Below, piece by piece: positions 1 through 11,639 of a DNA stretch of 64,000 nucleotides. The translations under genes and the position numbers were made by a program. This DNA comes from Mobula hypostoma (Eukaryota). The notes under the pieces are model-generated. The model had not been told where the DNA came from. It did no database searches and saw only the letters and a list, made by a program, of their open reading frames with translations. Position 1 is the stretch's first letter. Each line of letters starts with the position of its first letter. Location of the stretch: positions 9,672,001 to 9,736,000 of the forward strand of contig NC_086108.1 in the NCBI RefSeq assembly GCF_963921235.1, written 5' to 3'.

Positions 1-591
1 CTCAGATTCAGTGACTTCCACTGAAACTCAGCCTGGTGGATTCTATCTGACTGTCGACCAGTTCCTCAGGACGATAACCTATATGTGCTTGCTGACGCTA
101 TCTTATGTGTGCGAGGACTAGGCCTCAAGCCACAGTGTTGCCTGTTCACAGCTGCCAGGAGAGAGACACTGGAGACAGTGTGCTGCACTGGGGGCAGTGT
201 GGCACAGTGTCCTGGTTGGTGCTGTTGCCCACACCCCCATGTGTTTGCTTGGCAGAAGGAAAGCTCTGTTGCTTCCGCCTGCAGATTTCGACGACGTTGG
301 GCGGCTTAGGTTTGGTCTCTTTTATTGAGTGGCTGTACGTGTTATGTGTGCTTTGTGCTGTGTGTGACTGTTGGTACTGTGTTTTGTACCTTGACCCCGG
401 AGTAACACTGTTTTGTTTGGCTGTGTCCATGGGTATTCATATAGGGTTGAATGACATCTAAACTTGAATTGAATTGATAAGGTGCACACTTCACCTCGTA
501 ATCTACCTTGATTATGAACTTGCACCTTAACGTCTGCCTGCTGTGCACCTTCTCTGTAATTGTCAGAATCAGGTTTAATGTTACTGGTATA

Positions 592-1794
592 ACCATATAA
601 CAATTACAGCACGGAAACAGGCCATCTTGGCCCTTCTAGTCTGTGCCAAACTCTTACTCTCACCTAGTCCCACTGACCTGCACTCAGCTCACAACCCTCC
701 ATTCCTTTCCTGTCCATATATCTATCCAATTTAACTTTAAACGACAACATTGAACCTGCCTCAACCACTTCTGCTGGAAGCTCGTTCCACACAGCTACCA
801 CTCTCTGACTAAAGAAGTTCCCCCTCATGTTACCCCTAAACTTTTGTCCTTTAGCTCTCAACTCATGTCCTCTTGTTTGAATCTCCCCCACTCTCAATGG
901 AAAAAGCCTATCCACATCAACTCTATCAATCTCCCTCATAATTTTAAACACCTCTATCAAGTCCCCCCTCAACCTTCTACGCTCTAAAGAATAAAGACCT
1001 AACTTGTTCAAACTTTCTCTGTAACTTAGGAGATGAAACCCAGGCAATATTTTAGTAAACCTCCTCTGTACTCTCTCAATTTTATTGACATCTTTCCTAT
1101 AATTCGGTGACCAGAACTGTACACAATACTCCAAATTTGGCCTTACCAATGCCTTATACAATTTCAACATTACATCCCAACTCCTATACTCAATGCTCTG
1201 ATTAATAAAGGCGAGCAAACCAAAAGCTTTCTTCACCACCCTATCCACATGGGATTCCACCTTCAGGGAACTATGCACCATTATTCCTAGATCCCTCTGT
1301 TTTACAGCATTCTTCAATGCCCTACCATTTACCATGTATGTCCTGTTTTGATTAGTCCTACCAAAATGTAGCACCTCACATTTTTCAGCATTAAACTCCA
1401 TCTGCCATCTTTCAGCCCACTCTTCTAACTGGCCTAAATCTCTCTGCAATCTTTGAAAACCTACTTCATTATCCACAACTCCACCTATCTTAGTATCATC
1501 TGCATACTTACTAATCCAATTTACCACCCCATCATCCAGATCATTAATATATATTACAAACAATATTGGAGCCAGTACAGATCCCTGAGACACACCGCTA
1601 CACACCATCCTCCAATCTGACACACAGTTATCCACCACTACTCTCTGGCGTCTCCCATCTAGTCACTGCTGAATTCATTTTACTACTTTGATATTAATGC
1701 CTAACGATCGAACCTTCCTAACTAATCTTCTGTGTGGAACCTTGTCAAAGGCCTTACTGAAGTCCATATAGACAACATCCACCGCTTTACCCTT
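592..1794 (-). mobile_element. CR1-clade LINE, 5'-truncated copy (RT C-terminal half plus 3' UTR)
   Basis: ORF 664..1638 has GVSQGSVLAP, YADD, QMEFNAEKCEVLHFG and RPNLEYCVQFWSP. RT homology (VDVVYMDFSKAFDKVPH) continues upstream to ~1794 through stop codons. Possible 5-bp TSD gtata at 587-591 and 1795-1799. Confidence 0.93.
664..1638 (-). pseudogene. CR1 ORF2 reverse transcriptase fragment (324 aa still open)
   Basis: RT catalytic YADD and CR1-type C-terminal motifs are present. There is no endonuclease domain and there are in-frame stops just upstream, so it is not an autonomous ORF. Confidence 0.9.
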
Positions 1795-2350
1795 GTATAT
1801 TTCTTAAAAATTTTTGTATTTGCAGTAGCAGTACATAATCATAGAGAAAAAATGTGAATTACAGTAAATATATATAGTTAAAAATATATATAAAATAGTT
1901 AAATTAAGTAAGAAGTGCAAAAAAATAGTGAGGTAGTGTTCATAGGTTCGTTGTCCATTCAGAAATCATATGTCAGAGGGGAAGAAGCTGTTGCTGAATC
2001 ACTGAGTGTGTGTCTTCAGGCTCCTGTAACTCCTGCCTGATGGTAACAGTGAGAATAAGTCATGTCCTGGGTGATGGGGGTCCTTAATGATGGATGCCAC
2101 GTCCTTAAGGCATCGTTCCTAGAGGACGTCCTGGGCGCTGGGAAGGCTAGTGTCCCTGATGGAGCCAACTGAGTTTACAACTCTTTGCAGCTTCTTTCAA
2201 TCCTGTGCAGTGGCCCCTCTTCCCACACCAGACAGTGATGCAGCGAGATAGGATGCTGTCCACGGTACATCTGTAGAAACTTGTGAGTGTCTTTGATGAC
2301 ATCCCAAATCTCCACCGTCATGCTTTCTTTGTAGCTGCATCTATATGTTG
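1795..2350 (-). mobile_element. Rex1/Babar-like LINE 3' fragment; its tail (563-591) is separated by the CR1 insertion
   Basis: Minus-strand translation ~2100-1980 reads SIIKDPHHPGHDLFSLLPSGRSYRSLKTHTQ*FSNSFFP, the typical ORF2 C-terminus of this group. Confidence 0.75.
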
Positions 2351-2373
2351 CAATGCTTTATTCTGTATTTCTT

Positions 2374-2979
2374 CAACCATCAGGCTCCTGAACCAGTGTG
2401 GATAACTTCACTCACCACAATGAGCCTCAGGTCCCACACCACCAGGTTCAGGAACAGTTATTACCCCACAACCATCAGGCTCCTGAACCAGTGTGGATAA
2501 CTTCACTCACCACAATGAGCCTCAGGTCCCACACCACCAGGTTCAGGAACAGTTATTACCCCACAACCATCAGGCTCCTGAACCAGTGTGGATAACTTCA
2601 CTCACCACAATGAGCCTCAGGTCCCACACCACCAGGTTCAGGAACAGTTATTACCCCACAACCATCAGGCTCCTGAACCAGTGTGGATAACTTCACTCCC
2701 CACAATGAGCCTCAGGTCCCACACCACCAGGTTCGGGAACAGTTATTACCCCACAACCATCAGGCTCCTGAACCAGTGTGGATAACTTCACTCCCCACAA
2801 TGAGCCTCAGGTCCCACACCACCAGGTTCAGGAACAGTTATTACCCCACAACCATCAGGCTCCTGAACCAGTGTGGATAACTTCACTCACCACAATGAGC
2901 CTCAGGTCCCACACCACCAGGTTCAGGAACAGTTATTACCCCTCAACCATCACGCTTCTGAACCAGTGTGGATAACTTC
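2374..2979 (+). repeat. 95-bp tandem repeat (~6.4 near-identical copies) derived from a Rex1/Babar-like LINE ORF2 end
   Basis: ORF track starts recur at 2398, 2493, 2588, 2683, 2778 and 2873 (period 95). The unit encodes SLRSHTTRFRNSYYPTTIRLLN. Confidence 0.95.
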
Positions 2980-3391
2980 GTCGTCGTCCTGGCTATCCCT
3001 CAAGGTCGAGGATGATGGGGTCTTCGTTCCGTACAGAGTGAAGATACCTGTGCGTGTATTTGTTTCACGTGTACTTGATGTTGCGTTCCAAGAAGCACAC
3101 GATACTTCACAAATCAATCAACTGATTCCAATGGCATGGAAACCACGACGATTGGAGCTAATGGATTTGTTGCAGCCTTCATCCGCCTTCACAGACGTTG
3201 AGTTCAAAGTAACTTCGTCTGCCTGCTCCACCGTTGAGGTCTTGGTTGGATTGTTCTTTGTCAGGGACCTCACCCTCGACCTTACCGCCATGAGTGACCC
3301 TACCAGGAGCATAGCTCCAGATGGCACTGCTCTGGAGATCTCAGGACCACACAAGCTTCTCCACCACGACATGGTGACAATCCACGGAGAA
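2980..3391 (-). mobile_element. Non-autonomous RTE-related short retroelement with 10-bp TSD
   Basis: Direct repeat ggataacttc at 2970-2979 and 3392-3401. (tcg)n tail at the left end. The right end resembles RTE-type 5' UTR sequence on the minus strand. Confidence 0.7.
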
Positions 3392-3897
3392 GGATAACTT
3401 CACTCAACACTCTGCTGATCACTGAACACAACATATGGACTCACTTTCAAGGATTCTACAACTCATTTACTCAGTATTATTTACTTATTTATTAATTAAT
3501 ATTATTATTTGTTTTTTAAAAATACTTGCAGCTTGTCTTCTTCTGCATTTTGGTTGCTTGTCAGTCTGCGTGCAGTTTTTTGTTGATCCTATCATATTTC
3601 TTTGTTTTACTGTGAATTCCCACAAGTAAATTCATCTCAGGGTGACATAAGATCACAAGGAATAGGTGCATAATTAGGCCATTAGGCCCATTGAGTCTGC
3701 TCCACCATTTCATCATGGCTGATCCAATTTCCGTCTCAGTCCTCCTCTCCATATTCCTTCATACCCTGACTAATTAAGAATCTATCAACCTCTGCCTTAA
3801 TTATACCCAATGACTTGCCCTCCGCAGCCGTATGTGGCAACGAATTCCACAGATTCACTACTCTGCCCTCTGATAATAAATCTACTTTAAACTTTTA
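3392..3897 (+). mobile_element. 3' tail of the Rex-like element, interrupted by a CR1 3' fragment (~3646-3864, minus)
   Basis: Resumes the 95-bp unit sequence after the insertion and ends in aataaa...tttaaacttt. The CR1 piece contains aattccacagattcactactct, shared with other CR1 ends in the window. Confidence 0.6.
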
Positions 3898-4510
3898 ACT
3901 GTGAATATTCTGTTGTTCAAGGTTCAAGGTACGTTTATAATCAAGGTATGTATGCAGTATATAACCCTGAGATTTGTCTTCTCTAGACAACCATGAAACA
4001 AAGATACACCATGGAAGCTTTTCAAAGGAAAACATAAACCTCCCCCCCACACCAAAAAAAATTCAAATTGTGTAATCTGCAACAAGAACATCAATGCCCA
4101 AAATCCCCACACACCAAAATAAACAAGCAAATCGCGCAAATGGCACAGTGAACTAACGGGCAAAAACAAAGAATATAAAAACATAAAACTGAAAGAATCC
4201 TAGTACATTACAGTCCAATCTATAAAACTCAGATCCTGAATTTTGGTACCATCCTCCAACAGCACTGAGGGAGGGAGGGAGAGAGAGAGACCATTCAAAT
4301 GCAGGGGCCTTATCTCAGGAGCAGCTACCAAGAGACCTGTTCCACCTCAATGCATTGGGTAATGATCTGATCTGTAAGAACAGTGTGCAAGGCAAGCTTT
4401 TCACTGTGTCACCATACATGTGACAATAATAAACCAACTCTAGTTTCTAGTAGGGTGAGAGAGTGCTGAAGATTAAAGTTAGTGTAGACAGAGGGAAACA
4501 TTTTCCCATA

Positions 4511-4885
4511 GTTCGTTGTTCGTTCGTCATGGGCCATATTGTATGAGGCAGGAGACTATGGTCTCATGACCATGATTGTCCTTGACAAATTTTTCAACAG
4601 AAGTGCTTTGCCGTTACCTTCTTCTGGGCAGTGTCTTTACAAGATGGGTGACCTCAGCCCATTATCAATACTCTTCAGAGATTGTCTGCCTGGCGTCAGT
4701 GGTCACATAACCAGGACTTGTGATCTGCACCGGCTGCTCATATGACCATCCACCAGCTGCTCCCATGGCTTCATGTGACCCTGATCGGGGAGTGTGTGGG
4801 GGGGGTGGTGGTTTGGTCTAAGCAGTTTCTACACCTTGCCCAAGGGTGCCTTACACCTCCTTTGGTAGAGATGTATATCCACCCT
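4511..4885 (-). mobile_element. RTE-related SINE-like repeat
   Basis: Reverse-complement homologue of 17640-17995 (shared acccttgggcaaggtgtag and catgtgaagccatgg segments). (gttc)n-like tail at the left end. Confidence 0.65.
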
Positions 4886-5366
4886 GACAGCCGTTCCTCA
4901 CAGTAGAGGTGTCTAAATCTAAAGAGAAGAAGTTTTGGATAAAGATGAAGAAGTTTAGACAGAAACTGAGGAAGAACTTTCTCCCCATGGGTAGTTGGTG
5001 TTGTGACTGTGAACGAAGTCACTGCAGAGCCACTGAAACTTGTGGATATAGAAGTATTTATTCAGCAAAACAAGCAACAGGCATCATATTTGAGAGACTC
5101 CTGGAAGAAGAGGTGCATCCAATATTACATGAATTTTTATTATGCTAAAGATCAAAGGTAACAGTGGACAATTCTATAGTTACAATGCATCTATAATGCT
5201 TCCTTTGAGTTACGTATAGTTTCACACACCTCCTTCTTCCCACCCACACTCCAGACACCCAAAATGAATGTTAATTTCAAAATAATCTGCAGATGCCGGG
5301 GTCAAAGCAACACTCACAACACGCTGGAGGAACTCAGCAGGTCGGGCAGCATCCGTGGAAACGATG

Positions 5367-5402
5367 AGTGGACGTTTTGGGCCGGAACCCTTCATCAGGA
5401 CT
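5367..5402 (-). ncRNA. Degenerate minimal hammerhead ribozyme motif in PLE pLTR
   Basis: Minus strand reads AGTC CTGATGA AGGG TTCCGG CCC AAAA CGTC CACT. Core GAAA is mutated to AAAA, so it is probably inactive. Confidence 0.6.
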
Positions 5403-5667
5403 GAAGAGGGAAGGGGCAGAGGCCCTATAAAGAAGGTGGAGGGAGGGTGGGAAGGAGAAGGCTGGTAGGTTCCAGGTGAAAAACCAGTAAGGGGAAAGAT
5501 AAAGTGGTGGGGAAGGGGAGGCAGGGAGGTGACAGGCAGGAAAGGTGAAGAAGGAATAGGGGAAAACACAATGGGTAGTAGAAGGAGGCGGAACCATGAG
5601 GGAGGTGATAGGCACCTGGGGGAGGGGGCAGAGTGAAATAGGGATAGGGGAAGGGAGGGGGAGGGAA

Positions 5668-5920
5668 TTACTGGAAGTTGGAGAATTCTATGTTCGTACC
5701 AAGGGGCTGGAGACTACCTAGACGGTATATGAGGTGTTGCTCCTCCAACCTGAGTTTAGCCTCATCATGGCAGTAGAGGAGGCCATGTATGGACATATCC
5801 GAATGGGAGTGGGAAGCAGAGTTGAAGTGGGTGGCTACCGGGAGATCCTGTCTGTTGTCGTGGATGGAGTGGAGGTGCTCGATGAAGCGGTCCCCCAATC
5901 TGCATCGGGTTTCACCGATG
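5668..5920 (-). pseudogene. PLE GIY-YIG endonuclease C-terminal fragment
   Basis: YIGET...RF.EH motif and terminal L.P.G.N motif characteristic of PLE endonucleases. Confidence 0.85.
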
Positions 5921-6195
5921 TAGAGGAGGCCGCACCGGGAGCACCGGATGCACCAGACTCACAAATGAAGTGTTGCCTCACCCGGAAGGACTGTTTGGGG
6001 ACCTGCTGAGTTCCTCCAGCGTGTTGTGAATGTTAATTCCCACTGACTCTGTGTTGCATTCATGCATATGCAGACATTAGAAGTCAAATTGAATGTTTCT
6101 TTGTTTACGATCAACCCCAAAATACAACTCCAGGATGGCCATTGTTCAGTATTGAAGACTGGCCACTGTTGGAATTATTATTTGCCATATCCCAT

Positions 6196-6318
6196 AAGGG
6201 TCTCGGCCTGAAATGTCGACTGTACCTCTTCCTAGAGATGCTGCCTGGCCTGCTGCGTTCACCAGCAACTTTGATGTGTGTTGCTTGAATTTCCAGCATC
6301 TGCAGAATTCCTGTCGTT
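6196..6318 (+). mobile_element. Solo PLE pLTR fragment, truncated within the hammerhead motif
   Basis: Nearly identical to 22011-22133 (aagggtctcggcctgaaa...ccagcatctgcagaattcctgt). Confidence 0.8.
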
Positions 6319-6504
6319 GACTCCATAATTCAGTTGGAATCTGGAAACACATTGTCTGAAAGGGTGGTGGAGGCAGGGGCCTTGACAATGCACCCAGATG
6401 GCCACGACCAATCACCAAGACACAGTAGGTTATAAAGCAAGTGGGATTTTAGTGTATTTCAGTACTGGGTGGGCTGTGCTATAGGACTCCATGACAACCA
6501 AGAA

Positions 6505-7312
6505 AAGATCTTGTCTGTTATGTTGCTAGAGTTTAGGGCAGCAATGAATGCCTCCCATCCCTGTCTGTCCTTGTCCACTCGGATATAAAAGGATTCCCCA
6601 TTCCCATTCCATGGCCTTCTCTTGTGCCACAATGAGGCCACCCTCGGGGTGGAGGAGCAACAACTTATATTCATCTGGGTAGCCCCCAACCTGATGACAT
6701 GAACATTGATTTCTCCTTCTGGGGAGCAAATTTCTCCCCCCCGCCCCGCTTCCGCTATACTCCACTCTGAGCTTTTACCTCTTCTCAGCTGCCTATCACC
6801 TCCCCCGTGTCTCCTCCTCCTTCTCTTTCTCCTATTGTCCTCTCTCCTCTCCTATCCTTCCTCTCCAGCCCTTGAACTTTCCCACCCACCTGGCTTCACC
6901 TATCAGCTTCCAGCTAGCCTCCTCCTTCCTTCCCCCCACCTTTGCACTCTGACATTTTTCCCATTACCTCTCAGTCCTGGAGAACGGTCTCGGCCTGAAA
7001 CATCGACTGTTTACTCATTTCCATAGATGCTGCCTGACCTGTTGAGTTCCTCCAGTATTCTGTGTGTGTGTGTGTGCTTTGCTTCGGATTCTTCATTGCT
7101 GTTTCCTTAACCGTTTTGTTTGACCAGTCAGGGTTGTTAACCCTGAGCTGAACCCCCGAACCTGGAGGACCATCAGACCACTCTTAGTCTGGTCTCTACC
7201 CTTTGACCTGTTTGGTATGGGTGACCCTATCAAGAGCCAAAGAATAAAGCCCTGACTCCAGCCAACATAGTTCTCAGGGTCATTGAGGCTGCAGGCCTCC
7301 AAACCACAAAAC
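6505..7312 (-). mobile_element. RTE-related non-autonomous repeat split by a PLE insertion
   Basis: 6505-6596 and 7086-7312 are reverse-complement homologues of contiguous parts of the copy at 13494-13868. Confidence 0.7.
6597..7085 (+). mobile_element. PLE 3' fragment (GIY-YIG end plus pLTR with decayed hammerhead at ~6973-7009), 6-bp TSD
   Basis: Encodes HGLLLCHNEATLGVEEQQLIF...QPDDMNIDFS (frameshifted). TSD ggattc at 6591-6596 and 7086-7091. Confidence 0.78.
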
Positions 7313-7397
7313 AGGGTTGTAGGCCTCTTAGAGACATGAGAACCAAGGCAAGGAGATACAGATTAGCACTAACCTCACTGAATGGCAAATCAGGAGG

Positions 7398-7760
7398 CAC
7401 AAGAGACCGCGGGGACCCTGGAATCGGGAGCAAAACCCAATCTGCTGGAGGAAATCAGTGAGTCAGGCGGCATCTGTGGGGGGAATGGAGAAATTTTGGC
7501 TTGAGACCCTCCATCTGGCTTGAAAAATAGAGGGGAGACAGCTGGTATGTAGATGTGAAGAGACAGGATGGGGCAAAATGAGAGGAGAATCGAGGTGAGG
7601 GAGGGGTGAAGGGTAGATGGAGGAAGGAAAAGGGGAAATGGTAATAGAGGCCAGGAGATAGTGGAATCTGATCTGAGAGGAAGGTTGAGCATGGAATTAA
7701 GTGAGAGCTTTGGGGAGGGCAGTGGCAGTAGTCGGGCTGAATGGCCACCTTGTATCCTGG
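7398..7760 (-). mobile_element. Old PLE pLTR-like remnant
   Basis: ctgctggaggaaatcagtgagtcaggcggcatctg followed by a purine-rich tract, the same layout as 5320-5660. Confidence 0.5.
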
Positions 7761-9099
7761 TATCAATGAATAACAGAATTGTGCCAACATAGGCTGAGGA
7801 CACTCAGCCCATTGAATGAATACTGGCTCTTGGTGGAGCAGTCTTGTTGATGTCATTCTCCTGTGATCTTGCAAACTATTCTTGCTTAAGGGCCACTACG
7901 TTTCCCTTCTGAAGGCCCTGGCTGATTCTATCACTACTTCTCAGTAACTACAAGCATCAAACTCTCATCACACGTTAATCAGAATCAACGGTTCAATAGT
8001 TCCATTTACTATCAGAGAATGCTTACAGTATGCAACCTGAAATTCTTACTCTTCACAGACATCCATGAAACAGAGAGAAAACCCACAAATAATGAATGAC
8101 AGAAAAATGTTAGAATCCCAGAGATCCCCTCTTCCCTCTCCTTCGCACAAGCAGCACCAAACCCTTCCCCCTTCCTCACTTACTCGAGCAAAAGCATATG
8201 TTATTTATGGAGTTTTGCTAGTGAGCCTCTTCTGCACTCTCTCCCTTATATTCAGTGCCTACAAACTATCTTCCCTATATCGGCATCATTAAACCCATTC
8301 ATATATCTGAGACCTGTGAGAACTAGGGTCTCCATGTTGCCCAACACACCCTCTCCATGGCACCGTCTATAAACCCGGCAGAGCAGCTGAGGTTGGGAGG
8401 CGATGGGTGAATCCAGGTGCAGAGGGATGAGGTCTATGTCCTCGGTAGTGTGAGCACGTGCAGCTAGTGTAATGAATTTGCTATGAGTGTGCATATTCCG
8501 GACTGAATTCCTAGATCCCTGGGGATGTGTTCCAAACGTGTTAAATATACATCTGTGTGTTAACTGCGGGGTTCAAGAATATTTAATGATTTGCATATCT
8601 GTATTACTTGTATTCAGCAAAACGTGAAGATTACTGTAATTTATGCAAAACAAAATCATTGGAAAGATGGGAATTAAAAAGTTTATTATTAGTTAATTAC
8701 AAAAAGGGAAGAATTTAATGAATAGTTTTAATGCTGATTATGTACTCTTCAAATCCACATGCTGCCCTCCTGTGTGAAATAAGCACCAGATTTTCATCCA
8801 TAAACCTCACAGGGGGAGGCTCCCGAGCACAAAGCATCTACTCCTTCCTTATTCTCTGACTTCCACAGGCAGACAGCGTCCTAGACCCCCGACTGGAAGT
8901 CAGTAATGCTCTTAATCCGGTCAGTTTCCTTCTGGGGATGGGCGGAGTGGGAGAAAGGGAACAGATCCAGGGAATAGAGGGTCAGGAAAGTGGAGTAAGA
9001 TTGTAATGTTAAGGCAGAGTGAGGGCCATTACAGGTTACGGGGTTGACAGGGTGAGGCCACTTGGCTGATCGAGTCTGCTCCACTATCCCCTCATGGTT

Positions 9100-9355
9100 G
9101 GTTTATTTAATTACTTGTTTATTGAGATACAGTGCAGAATACATCCTTCCAGCCTTTCGAGCCACACCGCCCTGAGACCGTAGCCTAACCCCAGGACAAT
9201 TTACAATGAACGGTTAACTCACCTATCAGTGTGTCTCCGGTTTGCGGGAGGAAACCAGAGCACCCAGGGGACAAACTCCTTACAGGCAGCGGCGGGAATT
9301 GAACCTGGGTTGCTGGTGCTGTAAAGCGTTGCACTGACACGACACAACACTACTG
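9100..9355 (-). mobile_element. tRNA-derived SINE (V-SINE-like)
   Basis: Minus strand has B-box-like ggttcaattccc and the ggtgctctggtttcctccc core. Homologous to 19600-19837. Confidence 0.65.
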
Positions 9356-9643
9356 TGCTGTCCCTTGTTTATTGTCCCTCTCAACCCCAAGCGTCCGTCA
9401 TCTCCCTGTAACCTTTGATACCATGACCAATCGAGAACCTATCAACTCCACTTTGAATATAGGCGATGACCTGGCCTCCACAGCCACGAACTCAACAGGT
9501 TCACCGTGCCCTGGCGTACTAGTGTTCCAGCCTTCCCGCCTGAGAGGTTGGAAGAGACACGCCAGGGCACAGGGAGAACACACAAGCTCCATCCAGCACC
9601 AACAGGTAACACTGGGCTAGGTCATTGGGGCTAATTCATCTGA

Positions 9644-10150
9644 TTCTGTGCTGACGTTGGAGAGGGTTCAATGGAGGATCACAAAAATGATTCTGGGATT
9701 GAAAGGCTTGTCGTATGAGGAGTGTTTGATGGCTCTGGGCCTCTACTCACTGGAGTTCAGAAGAATGAGGCGGGGTCTCATTGGAACCTACTGAATGTTG
9801 AAAAGCCTTGATAGAGTACATGTGGAGAGGATGTTTCCTATGGTGGAGGAGACTAGGACCAGAGGACACAACCTCAGAATAGAGGGACGTCCTTTTAGAA
9901 CGGAGATGAGGAGGATTTTCTTGAGCCAGAGGGTGGTGAATCTGTGGAATCTATTGCTACAGATGGTTGTGGAGGCCAAGTCATTGGGTATCTTTCAGGC
10001 AAAGGTTGGTAGATTCTTGTTTAGTCAAGACATGGAGGGATACGGGGAGAAGGCAGCAAATTGGGGCTGAGAGCAAAATGGTTCAGCCATGATAAAATAA
10101 TGGAGCAGGCTCAATGGGGCAAATGGCCAAATTCTGCCCCTATATCTTAC
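9644..10150 (+). mobile_element. CR1 LINE 3' fragment
   Basis: Encodes LERVQ...RTRGHNLRIEGRPFRTEMRRIFLSQRVVNLWN, followed by CR1 3' UTR. Confidence 0.85.
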
Positions 10151-10164
10151 CATTCCCCACCCCC

Positions 10165-10909
10165 AAGTCCGCTGCGCACACATGGCTCCTCCATAGAGAG
10201 AGTTGAGTGCACCAAGTTCCTGGGGGTTCACATCATGGAGGACCTCACCTGCTCCCTTCAGATCACCTCCCTGAACAAGAAGGAACAGCAAGCACCTCCA
10301 CTTCCTGAGGAGATTGAAGCAAGTGAGGCTCCATTCCACCCCCCCCCCCACACTGCCAACTTAACTGTATTCAACAGGAGCACCACTGACAGCCTCCTGA
10401 CAAGTTGCATCTCCCTCTGCTCTGGGAGCAGCTGAGCATCGGGCCGGAAGTCCCTACAAAGGCCTGTGAGAATGGCTGAGAGGATCATAATGTCCCTACC
10501 ATCCATCGGGGACATTTATCAGGAGCGCTGTGTACACAGAGCTCTTAGTATTGTCAAAGCTCCCACCCACCCATCCAGTATCCTCTTTGACTTTCTACCT
10601 TCAGGCAGGAGACTCCGATGTATAAAGACAAGAACGGTCAGGATGGGAAACAGTTTCTTCCCTCAGACCCCTGAACTCCCTGCCACATCGCATTGCAGTG
10701 TCACTGGTTAACCTGACAATATCTAATTTATACTCTTTAGTTTGTTTATTTATGCATAATTAATTTGTAGATTTAATTCTTACTTTCCTAATTTATTGTG
10801 TGTTACATGTCTGTTCTGTGTAATACTGTGCTTTACACCCTGATCTGGAGAAACGTCGTCTCGTTTGATGGCGTACAAGTGTATAGTTAAATGACAATAA
10901 ACTTGACTT
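10165..10909 (+). mobile_element. Rex1/Babar-like LINE 3' fragment inserted in the CR1 tail
   Basis: Encodes IERVECTKFLGVHI.EDL...LPSIGDIYQERC...PTHPS..LFDFLPSGRRLRCIKTRT.RMGNSFFPQ. Tail aataaacttgactt. The CR1 tail resumes as tatggtctta. Confidence 0.8.
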
Positions 10910-11639
10910 ATGGTCTTACTGTTCGGAAGGGTACTGGAGGAACAGTTGTTTATATGGCTGCAGTGTCCAGCTCCAGGGACGGCCCCGCCAGCACAAAATC
11001 GGTGCTGAAGTGAAGGATAATCTTCTGTCTGAGCCCACTCAAGTCAGAGAAAAATTATTCATTCTTGTTTCGAGCTCCAACATTAGCAGACGCCTGCCAG
11101 AACAAAGAGCACTTGTAACTCTTTGATAGGCTCAGCTCAATTCAGATTGAATCAAACACAGCGTCCATCATTTAGAATCCCCATCCCTTTGTACATATGA
11201 AGAGTAAACACCAGACTAATTGATTTAATGAAAGGCGAATACTGGTTGGGGATAAAGGCTAAAAGATTGCTGAGAATCTATCAGATTTTCTCAGTGTGTG
11301 AAGTTCAGGAACACGTTTCCCTGCCTCTGTGTATTTGTGGGGACTTCACACTCAGCTTGTGAGGGGGAAAGTTGTGCCCTCGACTCCAACTGCGTAGAGT
11401 GTGGGCCAGAACTGAGGGAGCTCCACATCGTGGGGGGGGGGGGGTCACACTGTGGGAGGGGCAAACTGAGAGAGCTCTCTCTCCTAAAGTTGAAAAGTTG
11501 CTGCAAAATCGCAAAGTGTCCGCTTGGCTGCAGACTGAAACAGTTTCCTTTCCTGGAAGAATTCTGTTCGGAGAAGGTTCTTTTGGCGCTGAGAAGTGGG
11601 TGCGGCTGTTGGATTACTATACCATCCTCCGGGCTAGGG

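Larger units (their letters stand above)
5277..6026 (-). mobile_element. Penelope-like element (PLE) 3' fragment: GIY-YIG endonuclease end plus pseudo-LTR, with inverted pLTR stub at its 5' end and 12-bp TSD
   Basis: Minus strand encodes LYIGETRCRLGDRFIEHLHSI...PVATHFN...EEQHLIYRLGSLQPLGTNIEF. 5314-5342 is the exact reverse complement of 6001-6029. TSD tgaatgttaatt at 5265-5276 and 6027-6038. Confidence 0.88.

Noticed and set aside
664..1638. Domesticated or active reverse transcriptase gene
   Set aside because: It is 5'-truncated, has stops immediately upstream within the RT homology, lacks an endonuclease, and ends in an ordinary CR1 3' UTR.
2398..2975. Five near-identical 65-aa ORFs suggesting a small peptide gene cluster
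   Set aside because: They are overlapping readings of the 95-bp tandem unit (95 is not a multiple of 3), start at GTG, and derive from a LINE end.
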